The position numbers and the translations under genes were made by a program. From a virus (taxonomy: Duplodnaviria; Caudoviricetes): a stretch of 41,286 bases of DNA. How positions within the stretch are numbered: the first letter of the stretch is position 1; the number at the start of each line of letters is the position of its first letter. The stretch covers positions 1-41,286 of IMG/VR virus record IMGVR_UViG_3300049015_000086. One strand, 5' to 3'. The notes under the pieces are model-generated. The model was not told where the DNA came from. It saw nothing but the letters and a program-made list of their open reading frames with translations, and did no database searches. Positions 1 to 9,137 of the stretch are shown piece by piece.

Positions 1-483
1 ATGAAAAAGATAGCATTATTTTTAGTTGCCGCGCTCGCGCTTTCATGCAACGAGGACGACAGTGTCGAAATAGTTGACAATGGCCTCCATCACCCTTACA
101 TCGGTAGCGTGGTAGGTTCATGGAGCACTATAGGGCTTCGCGTAAACGAGGAGATAATTAATATTGATTGTAACCAGGAAGTCCCGTTTGAAGAGAATTA
201 TATCTTTACATTTTACGAAGACAATACCTTTGAACTTTACAGCAATTGCGAAAGCGATGCTACAGTTATACCGGTTCCCGTAGCAGAAGGCACCTATTCA
301 AAATCAGGAAATGTATTAACTATGATAATTGATGGGGAGGAAGGGAAGGCCCACACAATTGATCTTGATGAATATCTGGGGCTGGAGGATGCAGAGCAGC
401 TCGCCTTCAAATTTAGCATCGGGTCAGAAGGATTATTTTACGGCTACGATTTTGCTGTTGAGCGTATACCTGAAATTGATTAA
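1..483 (+). CDS. Lipoprotein, lipocalin-like beta-barrel (host flank)
   Basis: Signal peptide with lipobox LALSC followed by acidic residues; VVGSW motif and YSKSGNVLT strand typical of Bacteroidota lipocalin-like lipoproteins. Confidence 0.7.
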   Translation: MKKIALFLVAALALSCNEDDSVEIVDNGLHHPYIGSVVGSWSTIGLRVNEEIINIDCNQEVPFEENYIFTFYEDNTFELYSNCESDATVIPVPVAEGTYSKSGNVLTMIIDGEEGKAHTIDLDEYLGLEDAEQLAFKFSIGSEGLFYGYDFAVERIPEID

Positions 484-496
484 TCAATATAATTAT

Positions 497-527
497 AAAA
501 AAGCCCTGATAATTCAGGGCTTTTTTT
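497..527. terminator. Bidirectional intrinsic terminator marking the left end of the phage operon
   Basis: AAAAAAGCCCTGA-taat-TCAGGGCTTTTTTT hairpin with A and T tracts, between convergent genes. Confidence 0.85.
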
Positions 528-1173
528 ATTTAATAACCAGTCCCCCAACAAGGCCTGCCGCTAACCATACGTACCATTTCTGGTACCATTTCTGATGCAC
601 AGCTATTTCGGCAGCCTCCATTTCCGTTACCTTGATATAAGGGTTATCATAAGAGACCTCAGTTGTCAACGTTTCCTTTCCAAGAAACCACCTGCGTTTT
701 GTGCCGGTGATGATGTAAGTTTTTGTCAACGTAGAAAAAGGAGAAAGCGTTAAGCTATCGTTAGTAACCTTATAGCCTACAGTATACCACTTATTTTTGA
801 TAAGTCCGCTGCGAACAAAAGAACCGGCGGAATCACCTATCGGTATTTTTTCTTCAAACTTTACAGCAATGGTGTCGATAGTGATTTCGCTCTGAGCCTG
901 TGTGACTGATTTGACTGAGACAAATTCTTCTGCAAGCTTGCTAAGTTCCTTGTCCTTTTCAATGATCAGGGATTCAAATTGCTGTTTATCTAATTGTAGT
1001 GTCCTGATCATTGCGGTTTGGCTCCCTAACCTGTTCGTGTAATAGCGTATTGAATCTGTCAGGGTATTGGTATTGGCCTGAGCCAAATCTTTAATTTTAG
1101 AATTCTGTTGGCATTGACGTACTATTATCACTAAAAGAAAAAGTAATAGAGCATAAGGAATTATCCTTTTCAT
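526..1173 (-). CDS. Spanin-like lysis protein (candidate unimolecular spanin)
   Basis: Directly downstream of endolysin with 4-bp overlap; N-terminal hydrophobic stretch ending in Cys (LLVIIVRQC), coiled-coil and beta-rich middle, C-terminal hydrophobic WYQKWYVWLAAGLVGGLVIK. Confidence 0.6.
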   Translation of the reverse strand: MKRIIPYALLLFLLVIIVRQCQQNSKIKDLAQANTNTLTDSIRYYTNRLGSQTAMIRTLQLDKQQFESLIIEKDKELSKLAEEFVSVKSVTQAQSEITIDTIAVKFEEKIPIGDSAGSFVRSGLIKNKWYTVGYKVTNDSLTLSPFSTLTKTYIITGTKRRWFLGKETLTTEVSYDNPYIKVTEMEAAEIAVHQKWYQKWYVWLAAGLVGGLVIK

Positions 1174-1721
1174 AAATTAATCCATTTGCAAATCTTGCCA
1201 TCCTGTACTTCGTTAAATGTGTCGCTGCTATTGTATTTGTTCAGTAGCGAACGCCACGTATGGCCAAATGCCTTTTCAAAGTGCGGGTAATCGGGGAAGG
1301 ATTTCCAATTGCCGCCCCATGTCCAACCTTTTGATATGAAATAATTTGCAGCTTCTGTCCAGTCTGCTTTAAGATCGCAGTCAAAATCAGCTTTTGTATC
1401 CCACGAGGCGGTTTCAAAAGTCCCGTTACCATCTTTATCAAATAGCAGCACAATATCAAGGGCCAAGCCGTAATTATGCATAGATTGCCCGGCTTTTGCG
1501 TTAGTAACCTTTGTAATGCGTTTGCCGTTTTTATCGATTATTTTAGTACGTCCCAGGCTATATAGATCCTCCTGCTGCTCAAAAGTCCTTAAGGTTTGGG
1601 AAAATCGCAACCTTAAGTTATTGCCAAATAGTCTGTTATTGATGTGTTCATAAATTCCTAAGGCTTCCTTCCGGATTTGAGGATGGAGTTTCTGCATTCT
1701 CTCAAGTGTCAATTGATCCAC
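1170..1721 (-). CDS. Endolysin, M15 family zinc peptidase (L-Ala-D-Glu peptidase-like)
   Basis: Motifs RTFEQQEDLYSLGRT, VTNAKAGQSMHNYGLALD (SxHxxGxAxD) and WGGNWKSFPDYPHFE; GTG start. Confidence 0.92.
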   Translation of the reverse strand: MDQLTLERMQKLHPQIRKEALGIYEHINNRLFGNNLRLRFSQTLRTFEQQEDLYSLGRTKIIDKNGKRITKVTNAKAGQSMHNYGLALDIVLLFDKDGNGTFETASWDTKADFDCDLKADWTEAANYFISKGWTWGGNWKSFPDYPHFEKAFGHTWRSLLNKYNSSDTFNEVQDGKICKWINL

Positions 1722-1970
1722 TTTTTTTATTTTTTTGCAAATCGGGGGTCATGTTTTTAGATACTCATAAAAAGCGATACATCTTTAACAGCATATTGGA
1801 AACTTCAAAAAGTACACCGCCAACCGTGCACAATGTCAGTTTGTTGATTAACCCAATTACATTGCGCTTAATGTAAAGTCTCTTAATTTAAAAGCATGGT
1901 AGATGCTTACTGTGAATTTTACTTATTTTTACTGCGATTAACACCACTACCATGTACGATTTTCAAAAAA

Positions 1971-3041
1971 ATGTATAAAAATAATATCATCCAGCCCTTA
2001 TTTTTTTTTTGGTTTTGTACCAAAATAATTGCGTTTAATGCCTGGGTGCCGGGAAAAAGGTTGTTACCTGTAGTGCCGCTGTTCGATTTTTTAGAAGTTG
2101 AAAATAGTATACATTTGTTGCTTTATCTGGTGTCACTATTTTGCATATCTGTTTCATTCTTTAGGCCTGTAAGGCTTATAATATTGATATTAATTATTAA
2201 TGAACTGATCTCCTGCAACCTCGACGTTTTAAGATGGCAACCTTATCAGTATATGTATATATTTATAGCGCTCTGCTATTTATTTGCACCTAACATTGAA
2301 AAACTAAAATCCTATGTTCTTATAATATTTTCCTCTACATATATATACGCCGGATTACAAAAGTTTAACGGAGGCTTTTTATACTCAGTATGGGAAAATT
2401 TAATTTTAAAAAGGTTTTTAGAGGTTGAACCTTTACCTGGCATTCATTATATAGGGCTCATTATTCCTGTAATAGAAATTGCCGCCGGTATTGCTTTGTT
2501 ATTTTGCTACAAAAGAAAGGCAACGGTTGTAACGCTTATTGCTATGCATATTTTTTTAGTTATAATGTTAGTAAAGGTTAGGCACAATTATATAGTATTG
2601 CCTTACAATTTGTTTATGGCTTTTGCCTTGATAGCTTTTTACGATTGTAAAAAATATGGCTTATTGTATTATAAAAATTGGCAAGCTTTTGTATTGGTGA
2701 TATTTTGGGGACTACTCCCAGCTTTTAGTTTTATAGGGTTGTGGGATCATTACTTATCATCATCCTTATATTCAGGCAGGCTTGAAAATTTATATATAAG
2801 TCTAGATGATCCAAATGGACATTATAAAAAATATTATAGTAAAGCCAAAAACCCAATATCACCAGGTCAAAAATACATTTCTGTTCAGCATTGGGCTATG
2901 GCTGAAACCTACACAACACCATATCCTGAAATATGGTACTATGCAAAATTTAAAGAGAAATTTAATAAAATGCATCCGTATGATAATACAGTCTTTGTTA
3001 TTAGAAAATATCCATACAAATCTAATGTAAGATTAGAATAA
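1971..3041 (+). CDS. Polytopic membrane protein (HTTM/DoxX-like), AT-rich antisense cargo inside the lysis cassette
   Basis: Many hydrophobic segments; motifs DVLRWQPYQY, YIYAGLQKFN, IEIAAGIALLF; start taken as ATG 1971 (ORF is open from 1896). Confidence 0.6.
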   Translation: MYKNNIIQPLFFFWFCTKIIAFNAWVPGKRLLPVVPLFDFLEVENSIHLLLYLVSLFCISVSFFRPVRLIILILIINELISCNLDVLRWQPYQYMYIFIALCYLFAPNIEKLKSYVLIIFSSTYIYAGLQKFNGGFLYSVWENLILKRFLEVEPLPGIHYIGLIIPVIEIAAGIALLFCYKRKATVVTLIAMHIFLVIMLVKVRHNYIVLPYNLFMAFALIAFYDCKKYGLLYYKNWQAFVLVIFWGLLPAFSFIGLWDHYLSSSLYSGRLENLYISLDDPNGHYKKYYSKAKNPISPGQKYISVQHWAMAETYTTPYPEIWYYAKFKEKFNKMHPYDNTVFVIRKYPYKSNVRLE

Positions 3042-3067
3042 GATTCTCAGTAAGAGTCCGGATCTAA

Positions 3068-3616
3068 TTATTTTAGTTCTTCACCCTTTATTTCTTTGTA
3101 TATTCTCCAGCCTTCACGAATAATCGATCTAGTCTTTTGAAGTAAGTCAAAGCCCATTCTTTTAATATTCTCAAAGAAAATGGAATAGGACTCCACTATA
3201 CAAAAGAATAATGTGACAATAGTTGTTAAGGTTAGTTTTTGGGTGGTGAGGTGTGAAGGCTCAAATTCTTTGATAAGAAATATTGATTCAAGTATATAAG
3301 CAGTTATAATTCCTAACCCATAGGTTATAAACTTAACCCCGGAAGTTCTCATTTTCTCTGATGTAAAGAAATGACTGCTGATGGTTGCAGGTTCCGATAA
3401 TCCTTTTTTATACTCAATCCAGGATGCTATAACCCCGGTTATGAAGTCGAATACAAAAAGAATGGCTAATAGCAATAAAGTTTGCTGAGCAGTAGAAAGT
3501 CCTGGAAGGATGATAATGAAAAACATTGTAACCCATCCACTAATTGTTGTGAAGATATACTTTAATGCACAGCCTATCTTGTCAAAGAGGTGTAGATATG
3601 TTTTAAAATCATGCAT
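3068..3616 (-). CDS. Phage holin (holin 4_1-like)
   Basis: DFITGVIAS, SEKMRTSGVKF and ESYSIFFENIKRMG motifs; several TM segments; lies upstream of endolysin. Confidence 0.8.
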   Translation of the reverse strand: MHDFKTYLHLFDKIGCALKYIFTTISGWVTMFFIIILPGLSTAQQTLLLLAILFVFDFITGVIASWIEYKKGLSEPATISSHFFTSEKMRTSGVKFITYGLGIITAYILESIFLIKEFEPSHLTTQKLTLTTIVTLFFCIVESYSIFFENIKRMGFDLLQKTRSIIREGWRIYKEIKGEELK

Positions 3617-3623
3617 GATACTA

Positions 3624-4428
3624 TTAATCTGTAAAATATTCTAAATTCATAATCAAATGTGCCGTAAGCTCCTGATGTAAAACTGTGAAACAGCGTGTAA
3701 GATGCACCTGATACTCTTCTGAGTACTACTTTAGAGTATACGCCTGAACTTGAAACATCCGTAGAAGCATTGCCAGTTCCTACTGCTATATAATTGTTTG
3801 TTCCGTTAAATCCTGTTATTAAAGAAGGTAAGGGAAGCCCTTCTTGAAGAGGGACTTGAGCGTTGGATAATGCTATTCCCGTTACTGGATGATTAATATT
3901 TATTCTTACTGAAACTTTTTTTCCAATCTTTATAGCTCTCCAGTTTGTTGTAAACGTTCCGCCTGGCGCTGTGGTGCCACCCCATACGACGCCGGGTGTA
4001 AGGACACCACCGGGCTGAATTACCGGTAATAGCTCAAATGCCTTCCTATAAACTATAGTGATTGTTTTTCGTTTATAGTATATGACTGCAATCCGTTTAT
4101 TTCATCTAATATTTGTGCTGATGTGTAACTTGATGTGTAATGAAAATATTTTCTGATATCCAGGTTATCCTGGCGGGCATTTCACCACCCATTGTATTTT
4201 GGGAATAAATAACATCCGGTAAAGCTGTTTGCAGAGCTGCAGGTGTGCTGTGAACAATTCCGTTTACCTTGTATTGGGTGTGCGAGTTTTAGAAGACAGT
4301 ATATCATTTCTTTCATAGCAATTAAAAATCTCTACTCCATTAGTGAATACTGCCGAAATATAGTTACGTAAGTAAGGGATGCCATTAAAACTGAACTTTC
4401 GGCCATCTATTGTGTTAATGATGATCAT
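3624..4428 (-). pseudogene. Decayed paralog of the adjacent tail-fibre gene (several frameshifts, a stop, and an apparent internal deletion)
   Basis: Manual translation gives MIIINTIDGRKFSFNGIPYLRNYI..IFNCYERNDIL / HTQYKVNGIVHSTPAALQTALPDVIY / QDNLDIRKYF..LDEINGLQSYTINEKQSL* in successive shifted frames, collinear with the N-terminus of 4485..6236; followed by an unrelated beta-rich segment. Confidence 0.85.
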
Positions 4429-4484
4429 CTAAATTATGTTTGTAAATATCAGTATAAATTGTGAAACGATACTTAGTCGATAAG

Positions 4485-6236
4485 TTATGTATGCCTGCTA
4501 AATGTAACTTTACATGATTTTTTCCTTAACGAATCTAAAGCATTCCCCAGACTTGCTACCAAAATGAGGTAATTGTCGACTAAAGGGTTTATTATTGTCG
4601 AACCGGATGCAGCTATTGATGTAGCATAGTCATTAGCTGATGCGGTTGAAAAGTTATATCCTTGTAAAGTTCCACCTGCTTTTAATGTAAATTCCCGGCT
4701 GAACCTGTGGTACAGGTTGGTTGAACCTGCCGTTTGAATTGCAATTTGTGTTGGTGTACCAACGAGATCGGGAGTGGAATTCAAATAAAATTTCATCACT
4801 GTGCTCCCGGCAGTCCCTGTTTTCTCTATTTTGGAAATGACTTCAAAAATGCCCTCTGGAGAGTTTGCAGGAATCATGCAGGTGCCTAGTACCACTTCAG
4901 AAACAGTACCCGTTACTGGTGAACCATCCATGGTATCACAAAGCAATACCTGAGCAGTATGTTCCTGTAAAGATATTGTACCTGAGTTATTGGGAAGCAA
5001 GTAGCTACGGTCTGATGTTAGATTTGCTAAATCAAATACAAAGGCACTATTCCCATTAAAGAAACTAATATTTATAAATTCAGTGTTTTCATAATTAAAC
5101 AAATATCCACTGTCGTCTAAATCATTAAATTTTATTCCATTTATTGAATTTGTGGTTGTATTCCCACTATCCGTAATACTTTGTAAATCGAGTGATGCAT
5201 TGGCATCAGCCAAATCGCTCATCATCGCAAAATTATCGTTTGCCTCCTTAGCCGGTATTGTATATTTCACACTTGGGACGATAGGCGCTTGCTGCTCAAT
5301 ATAAACCGTATTCCCATTTGCATGTTGATAGAGCCGGCCGTTACTTAAATGCTGGGTTTGTTCCTGAGTGGCCAGGTGTTTTATTATCACGCTTTTAGTG
5401 GTCGTATTCCCTTGATTGGTAACCTGCTGTAATGTGTTTGCAGCACTTGCCACTACACCGCTTAATAGCTGAAAATCATCCGTTGTGCTTTGTGCTTCAC
5501 CTGCGCCATATGTTACTGCATCCCCTATGAAGAGGTAATCTTTCTGGAACCCACCTATGCTACCCTTAAATAATGTGTATCCCTCCGATAAAGGTTGCAC
5601 AATAATTGGCGCATGCAGGTTTAGCCACTGGTCAATAGTCTGCCCGGTTATGCTGCCGTAATTAATGATATCAGTACTCTCATCATTCTCTATATCTTCA
5701 AGCGAAGTGGAAGGCTGGCTGTAAATTAGCTCCAGGTTAGTTTTAAATAGTTGTGTACCGCCTATTCCGTATGTGCCTTTTCCTCTTCCTATCATTTTGA
5801 ATTTGAACACAGGTGGTGTAAATCCATCTACTTGCTGGACCGCAGACCTACTCACGAACAGGACCGATTCGATTTCACTCACAGTATAAGTGGGTAGTGC
5901 ATTTATAAGTTCTAAGGCTGCCTCAAGGGTGATTTCATTAGAACCTGCATTAAAGTATTTTCTAATCGTTTTATTATCCTGTACAATTGAACCGCCTAAA
6001 GTCAGTCGTGCAAATACTACATCCAATAATGCTTCCTGAAGTGCTTCCGCACTTTGGAACGTGTCACCGTTAACCGAAAATTCACTGTAATGGGTGTATT
6101 CGATGAGTACATCGCCGTTCTCATAACAGTTATAGATACTGAGCTTTTCACCGGCAGGGCGCGTTATGTAGTTTTTCAGGTACTGGACACCATTAAGGCT
6201 GAATTTTCTGTCGGATATTGTTTCTATAATGTTCAT
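4485..6236 (-). CDS. Putative tail fibre / receptor-binding protein
   Basis: Position between adaptor and holin; Gly/Thr/Ser-rich; repeated motif TLQQVTNQGNTTT / DLQSITDSGNTTT; YLLPNNSGTISL linker before a C-terminal domain. Confidence 0.65.
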   Translation of the reverse strand: MNIIETISDRKFSLNGVQYLKNYITRPAGEKLSIYNCYENGDVLIEYTHYSEFSVNGDTFQSAEALQEALLDVVFARLTLGGSIVQDNKTIRKYFNAGSNEITLEAALELINALPTYTVSEIESVLFVSRSAVQQVDGFTPPVFKFKMIGRGKGTYGIGGTQLFKTNLELIYSQPSTSLEDIENDESTDIINYGSITGQTIDQWLNLHAPIIVQPLSEGYTLFKGSIGGFQKDYLFIGDAVTYGAGEAQSTTDDFQLLSGVVASAANTLQQVTNQGNTTTKSVIIKHLATQEQTQHLSNGRLYQHANGNTVYIEQQAPIVPSVKYTIPAKEANDNFAMMSDLADANASLDLQSITDSGNTTTNSINGIKFNDLDDSGYLFNYENTEFINISFFNGNSAFVFDLANLTSDRSYLLPNNSGTISLQEHTAQVLLCDTMDGSPVTGTVSEVVLGTCMIPANSPEGIFEVISKIEKTGTAGSTVMKFYLNSTPDLVGTPTQIAIQTAGSTNLYHRFSREFTLKAGGTLQGYNFSTASANDYATSIAASGSTIINPLVDNYLILVASLGNALDSLRKKSCKVTFSRHT

Positions 6237-6238
6237 CC

Positions 6239-6736
6239 TTATCCTATTTTAGTAAATCTTAATACCCCCGAAAGATTTGTATTACCACATTTAAAATCAG
6301 GATGCTTTGTCCTGATGAGATAGTTGCGTACATTTTGCCATAACTGCATGGCAGCGTCTCTGTTAAGGGTGTAAATCGTTTTCTTAGAGGATACTTCCGC
6401 AGGCCTGCTGTCAGGATTTAGTTTCTCTACTACCGAAAATGGGGTGTCTGTTACCGATGAGAACATTATATAGCGTGCATAAGCAAAGTAAGCAAGTACC
6501 ATCTTCAGGCCATAATTCGTGTAGCTAATCCCATCATGTTCATAAATTCCTCCTGTGAGCAATTCTTCATGATCGGCAGGCGAGGCGATAATTTTATTGT
6601 AAAGGTTCTCGCCTAATAATGGCTGCAGGTCCAGCAGTTGCGCATCCAATATCATTTCGTTAAGCTTGTCGTTGTTTGGCGTTTTAGAAAGTTGCCGGTA
6701 TTGGGCTATATCACTCCTGGTTATTAATAATTGCAT
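6239..6736 (-). CDS. Putative head-tail adaptor (DUF6712-like)
   Basis: Immediately after the portal; AQLLDLQPLLGENLY and GLKMVLAYFAYARY motifs resemble Bacteroidota phage DUF6712 proteins. Confidence 0.55.
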   Translation of the reverse strand: MQLLITRSDIAQYRQLSKTPNNDKLNEMILDAQLLDLQPLLGENLYNKIIASPADHEELLTGGIYEHDGISYTNYGLKMVLAYFAYARYIMFSSVTDTPFSVVEKLNPDSRPAEVSSKKTIYTLNRDAAMQLWQNVRNYLIRTKHPDFKCGNTNLSGVLRFTKIG

Positions 6737-7868
6737 CGTCTATGAGTTTTATAGGTTCTACATTAAGGCTTGGATGATCCTGTGATTTTTCCAACAACTG
6801 ATTAATGACTGATGCAAGCAATACGCGCTCCTTGGTCGTGTTTTCCCAATAGGTACGCTTCATTTCCCTTATGGCTTCACCTGAATTACCAAACAGCGTG
6901 GCCTCATTGGTCTTAACCAGTCCGGCAGGCAGGTTATTGAAGGCAACAAGAATGTTCTCCCTCACACTCGTTTCAGTATAATTAAAGAGCTTGTCATCGA
7001 TTTTGCTTTCTATTTGTTTTACCAATAATGCATCCTCAAGTTTTTCTCCTGCAAAATCCATCTCCAGGCACAACACGCCACCGGTATTTTGCGCGCCAAG
7101 GCTGTCTTTAATCGCCTGTTGGAAACGCTCCCTCTCACTTTCAGCATCCAGTAGCGCTTTGCTGCCCGTTTCAAGGCCTTCGCCAACAAGCGGCCGTGTT
7201 ACCACAAGCGTGTTGCCAAAGAACCCTTTGCGTAGCAGCCTGTTCTTGTAAACTGCTGCCTGCGCTTCGCTGTCACAATCTTCGGCAACAGAGTCTATGC
7301 GCGAAAGGGGATAGAGCAATTTGGTGTCCATGTTTACAAACAGCACCTGGCCTTTGTAATGTTCCCAACCACCCGCTTTCTCTACCTGAGCGTCTATAAC
7401 TTTTTTGCGGGGATTAAAAATGTCTATCAGTTGTATGTCGCTACGCTTTGGTTTAAGCCATTCTTTACAGACGGCTATTTTACCCGCATAGTCATTGCTG
7501 TCCATTCGCCCAATGCGGCACCATTCATACGGAATGACACTGAAGTCGCTTATCTGGTACAGGGCATTCCAGTTGACATGAATAAATACCCCCCGCTGCT
7601 TTACTAAATCATCGGCTACATCATCGGCAAAGTCAATCAGCTTCAGGTTCTTTTCCTTGTTGATGATGAGTGAGTCATTTTCTGCGCCAAAGCCTTTACC
7701 GATGAGGTACTGCACCATGATAGCGGCTGCCGACTTCGCCGTTACGCTGTTGTTTATCAGCCTGTCCATGCGTTCAGGATAGCCGTTGTCGACATCGTTA
7801 GAATATACATCAGCCGATTTATTCCACGGTGTAAGCCTTTTCCAGACTTCAATCAGTAGCGTTCTCAT
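6711..7868 (-). CDS. Putative portal protein
   Basis: 385 aa; DNGYPERMDRLINNSVTAKSA N-terminus, GAQNTGGVL, ENILVAFNNLPAGLV and GNSGEAI segments resemble Bacteroidota siphovirus portals; synteny. Confidence 0.7.
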   Translation of the reverse strand: MRTLLIEVWKRLTPWNKSADVYSNDVDNGYPERMDRLINNSVTAKSAAAIMVQYLIGKGFGAENDSLIINKEKNLKLIDFADDVADDLVKQRGVFIHVNWNALYQISDFSVIPYEWCRIGRMDSNDYAGKIAVCKEWLKPKRSDIQLIDIFNPRKKVIDAQVEKAGGWEHYKGQVLFVNMDTKLLYPLSRIDSVAEDCDSEAQAAVYKNRLLRKGFFGNTLVVTRPLVGEGLETGSKALLDAESERERFQQAIKDSLGAQNTGGVLCLEMDFAGEKLEDALLVKQIESKIDDKLFNYTETSVRENILVAFNNLPAGLVKTNEATLFGNSGEAIREMKRTYWENTTKERVLLASVINQLLEKSQDHPSLNVEPIKLIDDAIINNQE

Positions 7869-8332
7869 TATGAATCTACACTTGAAATATCAGTTGCATC
7901 TCCTGTGGGCTCTTTTGAAGCATCAGGCTTTACTCTTACAATACGTTTACGTTTCTTTTTGCTTGGCGCTTCGGTTTCTGCCGGAGCATTTGGGTCGGGT
8001 ATCAACGCAAAGTACCGTTCACCGTTCTTCTGTTCAAGCAGTCTCGCAGCAAATTCATCCGTGATGTTGCCGTTGTTTACCAATATCTGTGAGCCAAATT
8101 CTAACGGAATGTTCTCATATTTGGCGTGAAGCCTGTATTTGCATGTGTTTGCCATTTCTTTGTAGTAGTTTTTATATCGTGTCAAATAGTCGTTAAGGCA
8201 CCTGGGACAGGAAGGGTTCACCTTTTCCTTAAAGATTTTTGTGTATTCCTGCAGAAAACTTTGCAGGTACCCTGTACCATCACTACCTCTGGAGGCAGCG
8301 ATGGTTTGGATATCCATTGTAGTAAAGTCCAT
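7868..8332 (-). CDS. Phage protein of unknown function (CPRC motif, basic low-complexity tail)
   Basis: One-base TAATG overlaps with both neighbours in the structural operon. Confidence 0.7.
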   Translation of the reverse strand: MDFTTMDIQTIAASRGSDGTGYLQSFLQEYTKIFKEKVNPSCPRCLNDYLTRYKNYYKEMANTCKYRLHAKYENIPLEFGSQILVNNGNITDEFAARLLEQKNGERYFALIPDPNAPAETEAPSKKKRKRIVRVKPDASKEPTGDATDISSVDS

Positions 8333-8931
8333 TACGGAGCTGTTTGCGCAAACTTATTGCTGAACGCTGTTTTAGTTGCTGCATACGTTACGTCAAGCAA
8401 TGTCCTTGGCATGGTGGTTTCTTCAAAACCGTCAGATGATGCCAACTCAAACATGATCATGTTGTCGTTTTCTTTTGAGCTGTTGGTCATGGTCATCAGC
8501 TCAAGGCCCGATGTCATTCCCAGTACTTCAAATGCTTCTGCACTGTTTGTACCTTTCCAAACCTGTTCTACCACAGCAATGTATTTCGCGCCTTTGCTAA
8601 GGCTGTCGGCCTGCTGTTTATTGGCTGCGCTTGGGTTAAAGATCACGCCGGAGAACGTGTGCTTGAACTTGTCAGGCGCGTTCTCTTTCTTGACCAATTC
8701 CCACGCTTTACCGCTCGATTGTTTTACCCCTGTTAGCAAAAAGCCTGTCTTGCCCGCTTTCAGCTGAAGGTTGGTTAGCAATATCCTGTTGTTTGCATCA
8801 ATTGTGGTATTGGCCACATCAATATCATCTTTATTGATAAGCACTACGTTCTGTTCTATACCGCCTACGGGCGCATTGGCGCAGTCAAATAAAATGTCTG
8901 CTGTTAAGTTTCCTGTACAATCTACTGGCAT
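8332..8931 (-). CDS. Putative major tail (tube) protein
   Basis: 199 aa, beta-rich, N-terminal CTGNLTADILFDC..GG; follows the capsid gene; function inferred from size and position. Confidence 0.55.
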   Translation of the reverse strand: MPVDCTGNLTADILFDCANAPVGGIEQNVVLINKDDIDVANTTIDANNRILLTNLQLKAGKTGFLLTGVKQSSGKAWELVKKENAPDKFKHTFSGVIFNPSAANKQQADSLSKGAKYIAVVEQVWKGTNSAEAFEVLGMTSGLELMTMTNSSKENDNMIMFELASSDGFEETTMPRTLLDVTYAATKTAFSNKFAQTAP

Positions 8932-8981
8932 GTTTTTTTAGATTTTATTGAAAGATTGAAGAAATTGAAGATTCAAAAATT

Positions 8982-9090
8982 CCTCTCCCCAACCCCTCTC
9001 CCAAGGAGAGGGGCAGCTTCACTCAGGCAAGTATTCGGCATTAGAATACTTCTTTCTCCCCTCTCCTTGCGAGAGGGGCCGGGGGTGAGG
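8982..9090. repeat. Inverted pair of REP-like palindromes (CCCCTCTCC-N-GGAGAGGGG family) between capsid and tail-tube genes
   Basis: cctctccccaacccctctcccaaggagagggg ... cccctctccttgcgagaggggccgggggtgagg in head-to-head orientation. Confidence 0.85.
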
Positions 9091-9137
9091 ACTAATGAAG
9101 CTGATCTTTGCGACTCTACAACTCAGTTACTTTGCGA

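Noticed and set aside
3624-6236. Diversity-generating retroelement or invertible tail-fibre switch
   Set aside because: No reverse transcriptase or invertase, both fibre copies have the same orientation, and no adenine-specific TR/VR pair was seen
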